Below, piece by piece: positions 1 through 9,729 of a stretch of DNA of 64,000 nt. This DNA is from Gemmatimonadota bacterium (GTDB lineage Bacteria; Gemmatimonadota; Gemmatimonadetes; Gemmatimonadales; GWC2-71-9), in NCBI GenBank assembly GCA_016704275.1, contig JADJAK010000001.1, positions 496,985 to 560,984 of the forward strand, in the 5' to 3' direction. The notes under the pieces are model-generated. The model saw nothing but the letters and a program-made list of their open reading frames with translations. It did no database searches and had not been told where the DNA came from. Position 1 is the stretch's first letter. Every line of letters starts with the position of its first letter. The translations under genes and the position numbers were made by a program.

Positions 1-879
1 AAGGAAGTGATCGCCCAGTTCATTCACCAGCACTCGCGGCGCGCCAAGAAGACGTTGGTGCCGATCAACTGCGCTGCCTTGCCCGAGCCGTTGCTGGAGT
101 CCGAGATGTTCGGCCACCGCAAGGGCGCCTTCACCGGCGCCGATCGCGACAAGCCGGGTCTGCTGGAGACCGCCGACGGCGGGACGCTCTTCCTCGACGA
201 ACTCACGGAGATGTCGCTGCCGCTGCAGGCCAAGCTGCTGCGCGTCATCCAGGATGGCATCGTGCGTCGCGTTGGCGCCGAGACCGCGGGTGATCCGGTG
301 GACGTCCGTTTCATCTCGGCGACGAATCGCGATCCGCAGGACGCGGTCGAGCGCGGCGTGCTGCGCGGCGACCTCTTCTACCGTCTCCGCGTGGTGCCGA
401 TCGTCTTGCCGCCGCTGCGGTCGCGCCCGGAAGACATCCAGCTGCTGGCCAATCACTTCCTCGGCATCTTCTGGCATCGTCACCGCCAGATGACCGATCG
501 GGCGCCGCGCCTCAGCGACTCGGCGATCGAGTTCCTGCGTACCCGCGCCTGGCGCGGCAACGTGCGTGAATTGCAGAACGTGATCGAGCACGTCGCGGTG
601 CTGGTCGAGCCCGATCAGCTGATCGAGCCGACCGACATTCCGATGTACGAGGATTCCGAGGCGGCACCGGAGCGGATGCCCGCGGCCCAACTCGACGGGC
701 CGTTCCACGACGTGAAGGATCGGGTGATTGCCCAGTTCGAGCGCGACTATCTCGCGCGGCTGGTTGGTCGCGCCGGTGGCAACATGTCGAAGGCGGCGCG
801 GCAGGCCAACGTCGACCGCACGACGCTCTACCGCCTGATGGAGAAGCACGGATTGCAGCGTGACGATCGTGGCGAGTAG
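1..879 (+). CDS. sigma-54-dependent Fis-family transcriptional activator, C-terminal part (5' end lies outside the window)
   Basis: The frame is open to the window edge (KEVIAQFIH...). AAA+ sigma54-interaction domain with the GAFTGA loop (HRKGAFTGADRD) and Walker B 'TLFLDE'. C-terminal Fis-type HTH 'NMSKAARQANVDRTTLYRLM'. Confidence 0.9.
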   Translation, partial: KEVIAQFIHQHSRRAKKTLVPINCAALPEPLLESEMFGHRKGAFTGADRDKPGLLETADGGTLFLDELTEMSLPLQAKLLRVIQDGIVRRVGAETAGDPVDVRFISATNRDPQDAVERGVLRGDLFYRLRVVPIVLPPLRSRPEDIQLLANHFLGIFWHRHRQMTDRAPRLSDSAIEFLRTRAWRGNVRELQNVIEHVAVLVEPDQLIEPTDIPMYEDSEAAPERMPAAQLDGPFHDVKDRVIAQFERDYLARLVGRAGGNMSKAARQANVDRTTLYRLMEKHGLQRDDRGE

Positions 880-1936
880 CCTGACCCCGTTGGCCCCCGA
901 TGCTTACCGCTGGCTGGACGAGGCGGCCGAGGCGCTGGTCGAGGAGTGGCGCGGCTTTGCCGTCGACGCGATTTCGCAGGGTGAAGTGGCCGCGGCCGTC
1001 GCCGGCGTCGTCGCGCAGATTGTCGAGGCCGCCGCCGGCCGACCGCGCGCCCCCGAGCCCTCATCGCCGCTCGATCGCCGCGTGGTGGCGCTGCTTCGGC
1101 GCTATCTGCTCGAACACGACGAAGCGGTGCCGCCCGGCGGACTCCGTCCCGTACTGCGGGCCCTGGAACAGGTCGCGGCGTCGATGGAGCCGCGCTGGAC
1201 CGAGCGCTTTCAGGAACGGATGACCGGCCCCAGCGGCCTCGACCTGGTGGTCGAAGTGGCGCACGACCTGCGCTCCCCACTCACCTCGATTCTCTTCCTC
1301 GCCGAGATCATGCTCCGCGGCCGCAGCGGCCCGCTGACACCGCTGCAGGAACGTCAGCTCGGCCTGGTCTATTCGGCGGCATTCGGATTGAACGCGGTCG
1401 CCAGCGACGTGATCGAACTGGTGCGCGGCGGCGATCGCCTGGTCGGGCGGGAACCGCAGCCGTTCTCGGTCGCGGAAGTGCTCGAGTCGGTGCGCGACAT
1501 CGTCCGTCCGATCGCCGAAGAGAAAGGGTTGGAATTGCACTTCGAAGGGCCGGGGCGCGACCGTCGGGTCGGGCACCCCGGCGCCTTGAACCGCGTCCTG
1601 CTCAATCTCACAACCAACGCGCTGAAGTTTTCTTCGGTCGGCCACGTCGAAGTGACGCTGACCGACGGCGCCGGGCTGGCGCTGGATTGCACCGTCCGCG
1701 ACACCGGCCGGGGGATTCCCGAGGCCGCGATGGAAACACTCTTCGAACCGTTCCGTCGTCGGCAGCAGCCGGGTGACTATGCCTTCTCCGGTTCGGGGCT
1801 TGGCCTCTCGATCTGTCGCAAGCTGGTCGAGGCGATGGGGTCGACGCTTGAAGTCTCCGCCGTCGCGGGCGAAGGGACCTGCTTTCGCTTCACGCTCCAG
1901 CTGCCCGAGGCCGATCCCAACATGCTGATCGGCTGA
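860..1936 (+). CDS. sensor histidine kinase (HisKA + HATPase_c), apparently cytoplasmic
   Basis: H-box 'VAHDLRSPLTSILF', N-box 'LLNLTTNALKFS', G-boxes 'DTGRGIP' and 'GSGLGLSICRKLV'. GTG start overlaps the upstream regulator by 20 nt. I saw no obvious TM helices. Confidence 0.85.
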   Translation: MTIVASSLTPLAPDAYRWLDEAAEALVEEWRGFAVDAISQGEVAAAVAGVVAQIVEAAAGRPRAPEPSSPLDRRVVALLRRYLLEHDEAVPPGGLRPVLRALEQVAASMEPRWTERFQERMTGPSGLDLVVEVAHDLRSPLTSILFLAEIMLRGRSGPLTPLQERQLGLVYSAAFGLNAVASDVIELVRGGDRLVGREPQPFSVAEVLESVRDIVRPIAEEKGLELHFEGPGRDRRVGHPGALNRVLLNLTTNALKFSSVGHVEVTLTDGAGLALDCTVRDTGRGIPEAAMETLFEPFRRRQQPGDYAFSGSGLGLSICRKLVEAMGSTLEVSAVAGEGTCFRFTLQLPEADPNMLIG

Positions 1937-1956
1937 TCTAACGCCATGGGAGTCGC

Positions 1957-3153
1957 ATGAGCAAGACCGTCGTGCTGGGTGCCGATTCAATTGTCGCGTT
2001 CGCGAACGATTGGGCCACGGATCCAACGAGCAAGCACCACCTGATGGGCCGCCTGAGCAAGGAAATCGACCTTCTCTGGGTGGAATCGAGCGGCATGAGA
2101 ACCCCGTCGGCACGCAGCGGGCGAGACCTTCGGCGCATCGGTGCCAAGGTGCGACGGATCCTGGGTGGTGGCGGGTTGCGGCTGGAACGGCCCGGCCTCT
2201 CCGTCTTGAGTCCTCCCGCATTGCCGTTTCCCACGAATGCACTTGCCCGGGCGATCAACGCCAGGCTGTACGGCCGGGCCGTGCGTCGAGCGCTTCGTGC
2301 GTCTGGGCATTCGACTCCTCCGCTGCTTTGGGTGTACACACCGACCGTCGCTCGGTATCTCGACCACATTCCCCATTCAGGTCTCGTGTACCACTGCGTT
2401 GACCGGTGGTGGGCCTTCGATGACTATGATCCTGCCGAGATGCGGGCGTGTCACGAAATTCTCTGCCGGAGAGCCGACCACGTGTTCGCGTCGGCGCTTG
2501 AGCTTGAGGCCGACTGCCTGGCGTTCACGAACGCCGTCTCGTACGTACCGCATGGTGTGGACTGGGCGCATTTTCGAACGGCGGTCGAGGCGGATCTTCC
2601 GCGGCCCGCTGATCTCCCAACCGATGGACACCCGATCGTCGGCTTCATCGGACTGATCGACCACTGGATCGACCTGCCGCTGCTGCAGGCACTGGCCCGT
2701 CGCATCGCACCGGCGCACCTGGTCATGGTGGGGCAGACGAGAGTGGATGTGAGCGCGCTGGCCGCCGAGCCGAATGTCCACATGCTCGGCCGCAAGTCCT
2801 TTGCGGACCTGCCCGCCTACTGCCGCGCGTTCGACGTTGCCCTCGTGCCGTTTCTTGTCAACGACCTCACCAGGGCAGTCAACCCGATCAAGCTCCGGGA
2901 GTACCTGTCGGCCGGTCTGCCGGTGGTCAGCACCCCGCTCCCGGAAATCCTGCCGTTCGCCGATCGACCGGGAACCACGATCCATGAGGATCACGACCAG
3001 TTCATCGAGGCAGTACGACTGGAACTCCGCGCCGGCCGAGCCATCGAGCAACGGCGAGCGTTGAGCGACGCCATGCGGGAGGAGTCCTGGGAAGGACGGC
3101 TGGCAGCGATGCTCTCTGTCCTGAAGGCCACTCAATCTCCGGAGGCCGCGTGA
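1957..3153 (+). CDS. glycosyltransferase (GT-B, family 1/4-like)
   Basis: 398-aa ORF. C-terminal GT1-type motif '...VALVPFLVNDLTRAVNPIKLREYLSAGLPVVST'. GGGAG about 6 nt upstream of the ATG. Stop overlaps the wecB start (GTGA). Confidence 0.8.
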   Translation: MSKTVVLGADSIVAFANDWATDPTSKHHLMGRLSKEIDLLWVESSGMRTPSARSGRDLRRIGAKVRRILGGGGLRLERPGLSVLSPPALPFPTNALARAINARLYGRAVRRALRASGHSTPPLLWVYTPTVARYLDHIPHSGLVYHCVDRWWAFDDYDPAEMRACHEILCRRADHVFASALELEADCLAFTNAVSYVPHGVDWAHFRTAVEADLPRPADLPTDGHPIVGFIGLIDHWIDLPLLQALARRIAPAHLVMVGQTRVDVSALAAEPNVHMLGRKSFADLPAYCRAFDVALVPFLVNDLTRAVNPIKLREYLSAGLPVVSTPLPEILPFADRPGTTIHEDHDQFIEAVRLELRAGRAIEQRRALSDAMREESWEGRLAAMLSVLKATQSPEAA

Positions 3154-4298
3154 AGGCCGTTGTCGTCGTGGGTGCCCGCCCCAATTTCATGAAGGTCGCC
3201 CCCATTCTTGACGCACTGGCGCGCCGTGGTCACGAGTCGATCCTGGTGCATACAGGCCAGCACTACGACGCCGCGATGTCGGACGCCTTCTTTGCTGATC
3301 TTGGGATGCGGGCGCCGGACCACCATCTCGGGGTTGGGGCGGGTTCCCATGCGGAGCAGACGGCCAGGGTCATGGAGCGCTTCGATCCGGTGCTTCTGGC
3401 GGAGCGCCCGGACTGGTTGATCGTCGTGGGGGACGTGAATTCCACGTTGGCGACATCGCTCGTGGCGGCGAAGCGGCGGCCGGAAATCGGGGTACGTATC
3501 GCGCACGTCGAGGCCGGGCTGCGCAGCGGGGATTGGTCGATGCCGGAAGAGGTCAACCGGGTCCTGACCGACCAACTTGCCGACCTGCTGCTGACGCATT
3601 CGCCCGAGGCCGAGGCGTATCTGCTCGGCGAGGGCATTGCGCCCGCTCGGATCGACTTCGTGGGCAACGTCATGATGGACGCCCTCTTTGCCATCCGCGA
3701 ACGTGCGGCCGATGATGTACCCTGGCAACGGCATGGGCTGGAACGGGGCCGTTACGGCTTGGTGACGCTGCATCGCCCCTCCAATGTGGATGATCCGGTC
3801 CGGCTCCAGGCGCTCCTCGCGGGATTGCAGTTGGTCGCGCGCGACCTTCCACTGCTGTGGCCGGTGCACCCCCGCACGCGTCGGACGCTTGACCAGCTGA
3901 GTGATCAGGATCTCACGCGGATCATGCTGATCGAGCCGGCAGGATACCGTGACATGACCGGCCTCCTCGATGGGTGCGCGGTCGTGGTGACAGACAGCGG
4001 CGGGTTGCAGGAAGAGAGCACGGCGCTTGGCGTCCCGTGCGTGACGGTTCGGGAGAGCACCGAACGACCAGTCACCGTCACGGAGGGGACCAACCTCATG
4101 GTTCCTTGGCCGCCAACCGCGGCAGGCATCCACGACACCACGCTCGCGGCGTTGGCGCGAGGCAGGGGGGTGGGTAGCCGAGGAGGGGTCCCTCGTGGCT
4201 GGGATGGGCGGGCAGCAGAGCGGATTGTCATCGCGCTGGAAGCCGCACCACGCTCGGCGGCCCGCTCGCCTCTGCCAGACGCTCCCAAGATGTCGTAG
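3150..4298 (+). CDS. wecB: UDP-N-acetylglucosamine 2-epimerase (non-hydrolysing)
   Basis: N-terminus '[20 protein letters not shown]...HTGQHYD', then '...HVEAGLRS...PEEVNR' and 'TDSGGLQEE', all typical of WecB/MnaA. Confidence 0.9.
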   Translation: MKAVVVVGARPNFMKVAPILDALARRGHESILVHTGQHYDAAMSDAFFADLGMRAPDHHLGVGAGSHAEQTARVMERFDPVLLAERPDWLIVVGDVNSTLATSLVAAKRRPEIGVRIAHVEAGLRSGDWSMPEEVNRVLTDQLADLLLTHSPEAEAYLLGEGIAPARIDFVGNVMMDALFAIRERAADDVPWQRHGLERGRYGLVTLHRPSNVDDPVRLQALLAGLQLVARDLPLLWPVHPRTRRTLDQLSDQDLTRIMLIEPAGYRDMTGLLDGCAVVVTDSGGLQEESTALGVPCVTVRESTERPVTVTEGTNLMVPWPPTAAGIHDTTLAALARGRGVGSRGGVPRGWDGRAAERIVIALEAAPRSAARSPLPDAPKMS

Positions 4299-4333
4299 CT
4301 TACGGGCCTTGTCCCGACACACCGAGACGGCCC

Positions 4334-5890
4334 GTGATCACCACGCACCTCGCCCATCAGTTCGGCGCTCGCGCCGCCAGCCATCCCACGCGACCCTTCC
4401 TCATCGAGGGGGAGGACCGTCACAGCTGGGGCGAGATCGCGCTCCGCAGTGATGCGCTCGCGCGCGCCTTTCGCGGGCAGGGGCTCGCCGCCGGCGATCG
4501 GATCGGGATCGACCTGCCCACCGGGACAGAGTGGGTGGTGGCGATGTTGGCCGCGGCCCAGGCCGGACTCACCATCGTGCCGCTCGATCCCGAGCTCGGC
4601 TATCACGAACTGAAGTACCAGTTGCGGCATGCGGAAGTCTCGGCCGTCGTGATCCCCGAGGCGCCGACCCCCGTCGACTATCTCGAGCTCTTCGACGAGA
4701 TCCTCCCCGAGTTGCCGTCGCTGCACCTGATCGTCTATGCCGGGCCGGGGACACGCTGGTTCGACGATCGTGCCGTCCCCTTCGGCGAGATGCTGGCGCG
4801 CGGCGAACGACTGCCCGCGCTTGAGGCGGGTGACGACGCGGATGCCGCGTTGGCGCTGGTCTACACCTCCGGCACGATGGGGAAGCCGAAGGGCGTGCTG
4901 CTCTCGCATCGCGCGATGGTCGCCTCCGCCATGGGCACCGCGAGTGCGCTCGGCCTCGCCGACGATGATTGCATCCTGCAGGCGCTCCCGCTCTTCCACG
5001 TCTTCGGCCTGTCGGTGCTGCTCACCGCGATCAGTGCGGGCGCAACGGTCGTGCTGATGCCGCGCTTCGACGCCGCGGGCGCCCTCGCGCTGATTGCCAA
5101 CGCCGGTGTCACCCACTTGCCCGGTGTGCCGACGATGTTCGAGTTGCTGATGCGCGACCCGGCGTTCGGTACCACGCCGCTTGGTCGGCTGCGCGGCGGC
5201 GTGGTCGCGGGGAGCATGGTGCTCCCGCCGCTGGTGGATCGGATTCGCCAATGGTGCGACGTGGAGATTGCGTACGGGCTCACCGAGGCGGGACCGACGG
5301 TCACCGCCACCCGGCGGAGCGATCCCCTCGAGAAGCGGCGCACGACGGTCGGGCGTCCGATCGACGGCGTCGAGGTGCGCGTGGTCGATGTGCGGAGTGG
5401 CGTGCTGCACGGGGCCGAGGCGGTGGGTGAACTGGTCGTGAAGGGCACCACGCTGATGGATGGCTACCACCGGATGCCGAACGAGACCGCGCGGACGCTC
5501 ACCCCGGAAGGGTATCTGCTGACGGGGGACCTTGCCCTGCTCGATGAGGACGGCTTCGTCACCATCGTCGCGCGCCGCAAGGAAGTGATCGTGCGGGCGG
5601 GACAGACCGTGACGCCGCGGGAGTTGGAGGACGTGATCCGCACCCACCCGGGCGTCGAGGAGGTCTGTGTCGTCGGCATCCCCCACGACGTGCTGGGCGA
5701 GCTGATCTGCGCCTGCGTGGTGCTGCTGGAGGGCGCCGTGGTCACCGGCCCCGATCTGCGCCGCTTCTGCCAGGACCTCCTCTCCGCCACCAAGGTCCCC
5801 GACCTGGTCCGCTTCTTCGACGGCCTCCCGATGACGGCCAGCGGGAAGGTCAAGCGCCAGGAGTTGGCGCGGGTGGTCGCGCTCGGCTAG
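4334..5890 (+). CDS. AMP-dependent synthetase/ligase (acyl-CoA synthetase family)
   Basis: AMP-binding signature '[19 protein letters not shown]', 'YGLTEAG', '[25 protein letters not shown]', and a C-terminal 'SGKVKR' lysine motif. Confidence 0.9.
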   Translation: MITTHLAHQFGARAASHPTRPFLIEGEDRHSWGEIALRSDALARAFRGQGLAAGDRIGIDLPTGTEWVVAMLAAAQAGLTIVPLDPELGYHELKYQLRHAEVSAVVIPEAPTPVDYLELFDEILPELPSLHLIVYAGPGTRWFDDRAVPFGEMLARGERLPALEAGDDADAALALVYTSGTMGKPKGVLLSHRAMVASAMGTASALGLADDDCILQALPLFHVFGLSVLLTAISAGATVVLMPRFDAAGALALIANAGVTHLPGVPTMFELLMRDPAFGTTPLGRLRGGVVAGSMVLPPLVDRIRQWCDVEIAYGLTEAGPTVTATRRSDPLEKRRTTVGRPIDGVEVRVVDVRSGVLHGAEAVGELVVKGTTLMDGYHRMPNETARTLTPEGYLLTGDLALLDEDGFVTIVARRKEVIVRAGQTVTPRELEDVIRTHPGVEEVCVVGIPHDVLGELICACVVLLEGAVVTGPDLRRFCQDLLSATKVPDLVRFFDGLPMTASGKVKRQELARVVALG

Positions 5891-6077
5891 CTTTGAGGGT
5901 CCGACGCGCGGGCGCCATTGGGGCGCCGCACGGACCGCACGCCGTCTCGATCGTTGCCTGCCCCGACCCCACGATGTCCGCCACTCGGCGTGACGGGGTC
6001 GGGAGGACAAGACCGGGGACGGCCACACACACAGGACCGTCGTGACTTCGCTCCCCGCTTTTCGGGCCGGACGGCAT

Positions 6078-7698
6078 ATGGCCGTACCCGCCCTGCACGC
6101 GCCCAATGCGGCGCTGCTGATCGACTTCGACAATGTGACCCTTGGCGTTCGTTCCGACCTCACCAAGGAACTCCGCACCCTCCTCAACTCCGACATCATC
6201 AAGGGCAAGGTCGCCGTTCAGCGCGCCTATGCCGACTGGCGCCGCTACCCGCAGTACATCGTGCCGCTGTCGGAATCCTCGATCGACCTGATTTTCGCCC
6301 CCGCCTTCGGCACCAACAAGAAGAACGCCACCGACATCCGGCTCGCCGTCGATGCGGTGGAGCTCGTCTTCACGCGTCCCGAGATCGGCACCTTCATCCT
6401 GCTCTCGGGTGACAGCGATTTCTCGTCGCTCGTGCTCAAGCTGAAGGAGTACGGCAAGTACGTCATCGGGGTCGGTATCCGTGAGTCGGCGTCCGACATC
6501 CTGATCCAGAATTGCGACGAGTACTTCTCGTACTCCGACCTCGCGGGCCTGACCAAGGAGAGCGACGCCCCGTCGGCGCAGCGCGATCCGTGGGAGCTCG
6601 TGGTCGAGGCCGTGCAGAAGATGGCGGCGCAGGGCGACGTCATGCGTTCCGATCGCCTGAAGCAGGTCATGCAGCAGCTCGACCCGAACTTCGACGAGAG
6701 CAACGCCGGCTTCAATCGCTTCTCGAAGTTCGTCACCGAGGCGGGTGCGCGCGGCCTGATCCAGGTGATCAAGCAGGAGAACGGTCAGTACGACGTCGCG
6801 CCGGGCAAGGGTGTGCCGGGTCGCGCCGGTGAAGGAGAGCCGCCCGCCGCGCGGTCGCGGCGGACGTGGTCCGGCGACGGCAGCGGTCGTTACGCCGGCG
6901 CCTGCGGTACGCGCCGTCGAGGCCGCACCGGCCGATGGCAAGTCCGCCGAAGAGCGGGCTGGGCGTCGTCGCGGTCGGGGTCGTGGACGCGGGCGCGGGA
7001 AGGGTGAGGAGGGCGCCACTCCGTCGATCGCCGCGCCGAGTGCCGCGGCACCGTCGGCGCCGTATGTCGCCGAGCCGAGTGGGCTGACCCTTGCCGAGTC
7101 GTTCCATCTCCTCGGTCGTGCGCTTGGCGAATTGCCGACGCCGGCCGGTCACGAGGTGGTGCGGGCCCGCATGGCCGCCCTGCACGGCACCGAGGATGTG
7201 TTGCTCGAAGTGCCGCGCTTCTTCAAGCTGCTGCGCCAGGCCAACGACGCCGAAGTCGCCGATGTCCGCCTGCTCGGCGACGATCAGTACGAGGTGTCGC
7301 CGCACCGGATGGAGTTGGCGATGCAGCGTCGGTCGGCGCCCGAAGCGAACGCGGCCCCGGTGCTCGACGCCGATGGCAATGCGGCACCGCGTCCGGGGAT
7401 CCGTTTCCGTGGCGGTGCGCGCACCCCGGCATCCTCCGGGATGCCGATGGTCGGTGTGATCAACCTCACGCCGGTTGGTGCAGTGACGCTCGAGGCGCCG
7501 GCGGCGAAGCCGGCGGCCGAGGCCGCCACCAAGGCGACCAAGCCGGCCAAGGGTCCCAAGCCCGAGGCGAAGCCCGCCGCGAAGGCCGCCAAGGCAGCTG
7601 CCCCGGCGAAGCAGGCCAAGACGGCGAAGGCCGCCGCCAAGCCCGCGCCGAAGGCCAAGGCGGCCGTGAAGAAGGCGGCGCCCAAAAAGAAGTCGTAA
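6078..7698 (+). pseudogene. NYN (LabA-like) ribonuclease-domain protein with two OST-HTH/LOTUS domains, an RG-rich linker and a Lys/Ala-rich H1-like tail, split over two frames (apparent 1-nt frame change near 6795-6830)
   Basis: Frame of 6042: NYN motifs 'LLIDFDNV', 'NATDIRLAVDAVEL', 'FILLSGDSDFSSLVLKLKEYGKYVIGVG', then a LOTUS domain ending 'ENGQYDVAPG'. Frame of 6811: 'RGRGGRG...RGRGRGRGRGKG', a second LOTUS-like domain ending 'GDDQYEVSP', then 'AKPAAKAAKAAAPAKQAKTAKAAAKPAPKAKAAVKKAAPKKKS'. The two ORFs overlap by about 200 nt, which is implausible for separate genes. Confidence 0.7.
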
Positions 7699-7720
7699 GT
7701 CGTAGGTCGTAGGTCGTAGG
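7692..7720 (+). repeat. tandem heptamer array GTCGTAA-(GTCGTAG)x3, an orphan arm of the heptad element family
   Basis: Read directly. The first unit supplies the TAA stop of the upstream gene (..AAG TCG TAA). Stops at 7696, 7703 and 7710 fall in three different frames. Confidence 0.85.
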
Positions 7721-7741
7721 AAGTGATCAAACGCGAAACGT

Positions 7742-7770
7742 GGCCCGGCGGGAGGGATCTCCGCCGGGCC
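7742..7770. terminator. GC-rich hairpin between convergent genes (possible terminator)
   Basis: Perfect 10-bp stem GGCCCGGCGG/CCGCCGGGCC with a 9-nt loop. On the minus strand it is followed by the T-containing tract 'acgtttcgcgtttga'. There is no clean U-tract. Confidence 0.45.
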
Positions 7771-7826
7771 TCGCCGTTGCCGTTCGCCGTCTACTTACGG
7801 CCCAACACCGCCCGCCCCCTTCGACG

Positions 7827-8465
7827 TTAGTAGCCGCCCGCCTTCACCCCTTCCTTGGCACTCCCCAGCCCGATCCGGATGCCGCCGTGGAACGAGTAGC
7901 TCGCGCCGCGGATCAGCTTGTCATCGCCGGGGGCGGTGTGGATCTGCGCCTGGGCGAATGCGGTGAAGCGATTCCAGCGGCCCTGCACGCCGGCGAGGCC
8001 GGTCATGAAGGCGTACGCCGAGGCGTCCTGCGCAGAGCTGAGGAGATCGGCGCGGGTGAAGGGATCCTGCACGACGGGATCGACCCGCGGCGAGATCACC
8101 TGCATGATGCCGCCGCCGACGCCGAAGTACGGCTCGAGCGGGGCCTTCACCGGGAACGCCATCAAGACGGCCTGATAGCGACGGACGTCGTTGAAGAGGA
8201 TCAGCCCCGACTGCTCGTCGGACCCGAGTCCCTCGTCGACGCCGACCATCAGCCCGCCGCGGCGGCCCATGATCAGGATGTGGGCACCGGCCGAGGGCAG
8301 GATCTTCGTGTCCTGGGTCCGGGTCTGGATCATCATGGAGCCGGCCTGCAACCCGAGCTTCCAGGTGTAGGAGTCGTCCCGCTGGGCGGTAGCGCGGCCC
8401 GGGGTGACCGCGGCCAGGGCCAGGGCGACGAGACAGGCGCCGAACGCCCGCTGGATCTGCGACAT
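7827..8465 (-). CDS. hypothetical outer-membrane beta-barrel-like protein with signal peptide
   Basis: Signal peptide 'MSQIQRAFGACLVALALAAVTPGRATAQ'. Gly-rich sequence with alternating hydrophobic residues. Terminal aromatic '...KAGGY'. Start taken at the internal Met of ORF 7827..8498. Confidence 0.7.
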   Translation of the reverse strand: MSQIQRAFGACLVALALAAVTPGRATAQRDDSYTWKLGLQAGSMMIQTRTQDTKILPSAGAHILIMGRRGGLMVGVDEGLGSDEQSGLILFNDVRRYQAVLMAFPVKAPLEPYFGVGGGIMQVISPRVDPVVQDPFTRADLLSSAQDASAYAFMTGLAGVQGRWNRFTAFAQAQIHTAPGDDKLIRGASYSFHGGIRIGLGSAKEGVKAGGY

Positions 8466-8523
8466 CAGAATGCCTCCGGTAGGGAATCGACGGTGCAATC
8501 AGCAAGGAACAGGCCGATGTGGC

Positions 8524-9729
8524 TCATACCAGCCCCAACTGCCGTCCCACCCGCTCGAACGCGGCCAGGGCAGCGTCCAGATCCTCCCGGGTGTGATCCG
8601 CCGACAGCTGGCAGCGCACCCGGGCGGCCCCCTGAGGCACCACCGGAAAACCGAAGCCGGTGACGAAGATGCCTTCATCCAGCAGGAGCTCGCTCATCCG
8701 GATGGCGGCGGCGGTTTCGCCGAGAATCACGGGGACAATGGGAGTATCGCCCGGAAGTGGCTGGAAGTGGAGGTCCTGCAGCCGCTGCCGGAAATAGCGG
8801 GCATTCTCCCGCAGCCGGGTGACCCGTTCGGGCTCCGCCTCGAGGACCTGGATGGCGGCCAGGGCCGACGCCGCCACGGTGGCCGGAAGGGCATTGGTGA
8901 AGAGCTGCGGCCGAGCGCGTTGCGTGAGGTAATCGCAGAGCGCGGCAGAGCCGGCGACGAAGCCGCCCGCCGCCCCGCCGAGCGCCTTGCCGAGGGTCGA
9001 GGTGATGATGTCGATCTCGCCGACGAGGCCGAAATGTTCGGCGGTCCCGCGGCCGGTGGCGCCCAGGACTCCGGTCGCGTGGGAGTCGTCGATCCAGAGC
9101 ACCGCGCCATGCTTGCGGCAGACCGCGAGCAGGGCGGGGAGGTCGACGATCGACCCTTCCATGGAGAAGACGCCGTCGGAGACGACCATCTTGACCTGCT
9201 TGTCGGCCGCGGCCGTCAGCTTGGCGTCGAGGTCCGCGAAGTCGCCGTGCTTGTAGACGCCGGTCTCGCACTTGGTGATCGACTTCGCCAGCCGCAGCCC
9301 GTCGATGATCGAGGCGTGGTTGAGCTGGTCGGAGAGGATGATGTCGTCGGCGGTCAGCACCGTGGCCGGGAGCGCCTCGTTGGCATTCCAGCAGCTCACG
9401 AACGAAAGCGCGGCCTCGGTGCCGACCAGCCGGGCACAGGCGGCCTCGAGGTCACGGTGAATGGTGAAGGTGCCGCAGATGAAGCGCACCGAGCCGGTTC
9501 CCGCGCCGAAGTGGTCGATCCCGGCCTTGCCGGCGGCCATCACGGTGGGATGCGCGGCGAGGCCGAGATAGTTGTTGGACGAGAGGATCAGCACCTCGCC
9601 ACGCCCCTCCATCTGTACCCGGGCAGCCTGCGGCGAGGCGATGTGATTGAGCGTCTTGTACACGCCGTCCCGGCGGAACTGTGCCAGCGCGGCGGTGAGG
9701 CGCGTGTCGAGCGCGGTCGGGGTACTCAT
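8524..9729 (-). CDS. kbl: glycine C-acetyltransferase (2-amino-3-ketobutyrate CoA ligase)
   Basis: 401 aa starting 'MSTPTALD...'. Typical Kbl/AONS-family sequence 'ILSSNNYLGLAAHP', 'FICGTFTIHRDLE', 'DDSHATGVLGATGRGT', 'TLGKALGG' (PLP lysine). ATGA overlap with the tdh stop. Confidence 0.92.
   Translation of the reverse strand: MSTPTALDTRLTAALAQFRRDGVYKTLNHIASPQAARVQMEGRGEVLILSSNNYLGLAAHPTVMAAGKAGIDHFGAGTGSVRFICGTFTIHRDLEAACARLVGTEAALSFVSCWNANEALPATVLTADDIILSDQLNHASIIDGLRLAKSITKCETGVYKHGDFADLDAKLTAAADKQVKMVVSDGVFSMEGSIVDLPALLAVCRKHGAVLWIDDSHATGVLGATGRGTAEHFGLVGEIDIITSTLGKALGGAAGGFVAGSAALCDYLTQRARPQLFTNALPATVAASALAAIQVLEAEPERVTRLRENARYFRQRLQDLHFQPLPGDTPIVPVILGETAAAIRMSELLLDEGIFVTGFGFPVVPQGAARVRCQLSADHTREDLDAALAAFERVGRQLGLV

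Noticed and set aside
3905-6208. 767-aa minus-strand ORF
   Set aside because: It is antisense to the acyl-CoA ligase and the wecB 3' end. Its composition is Arg/Gly/His/Pro-rich low complexity with no motifs. This is a typical shadow ORF in high-GC DNA.
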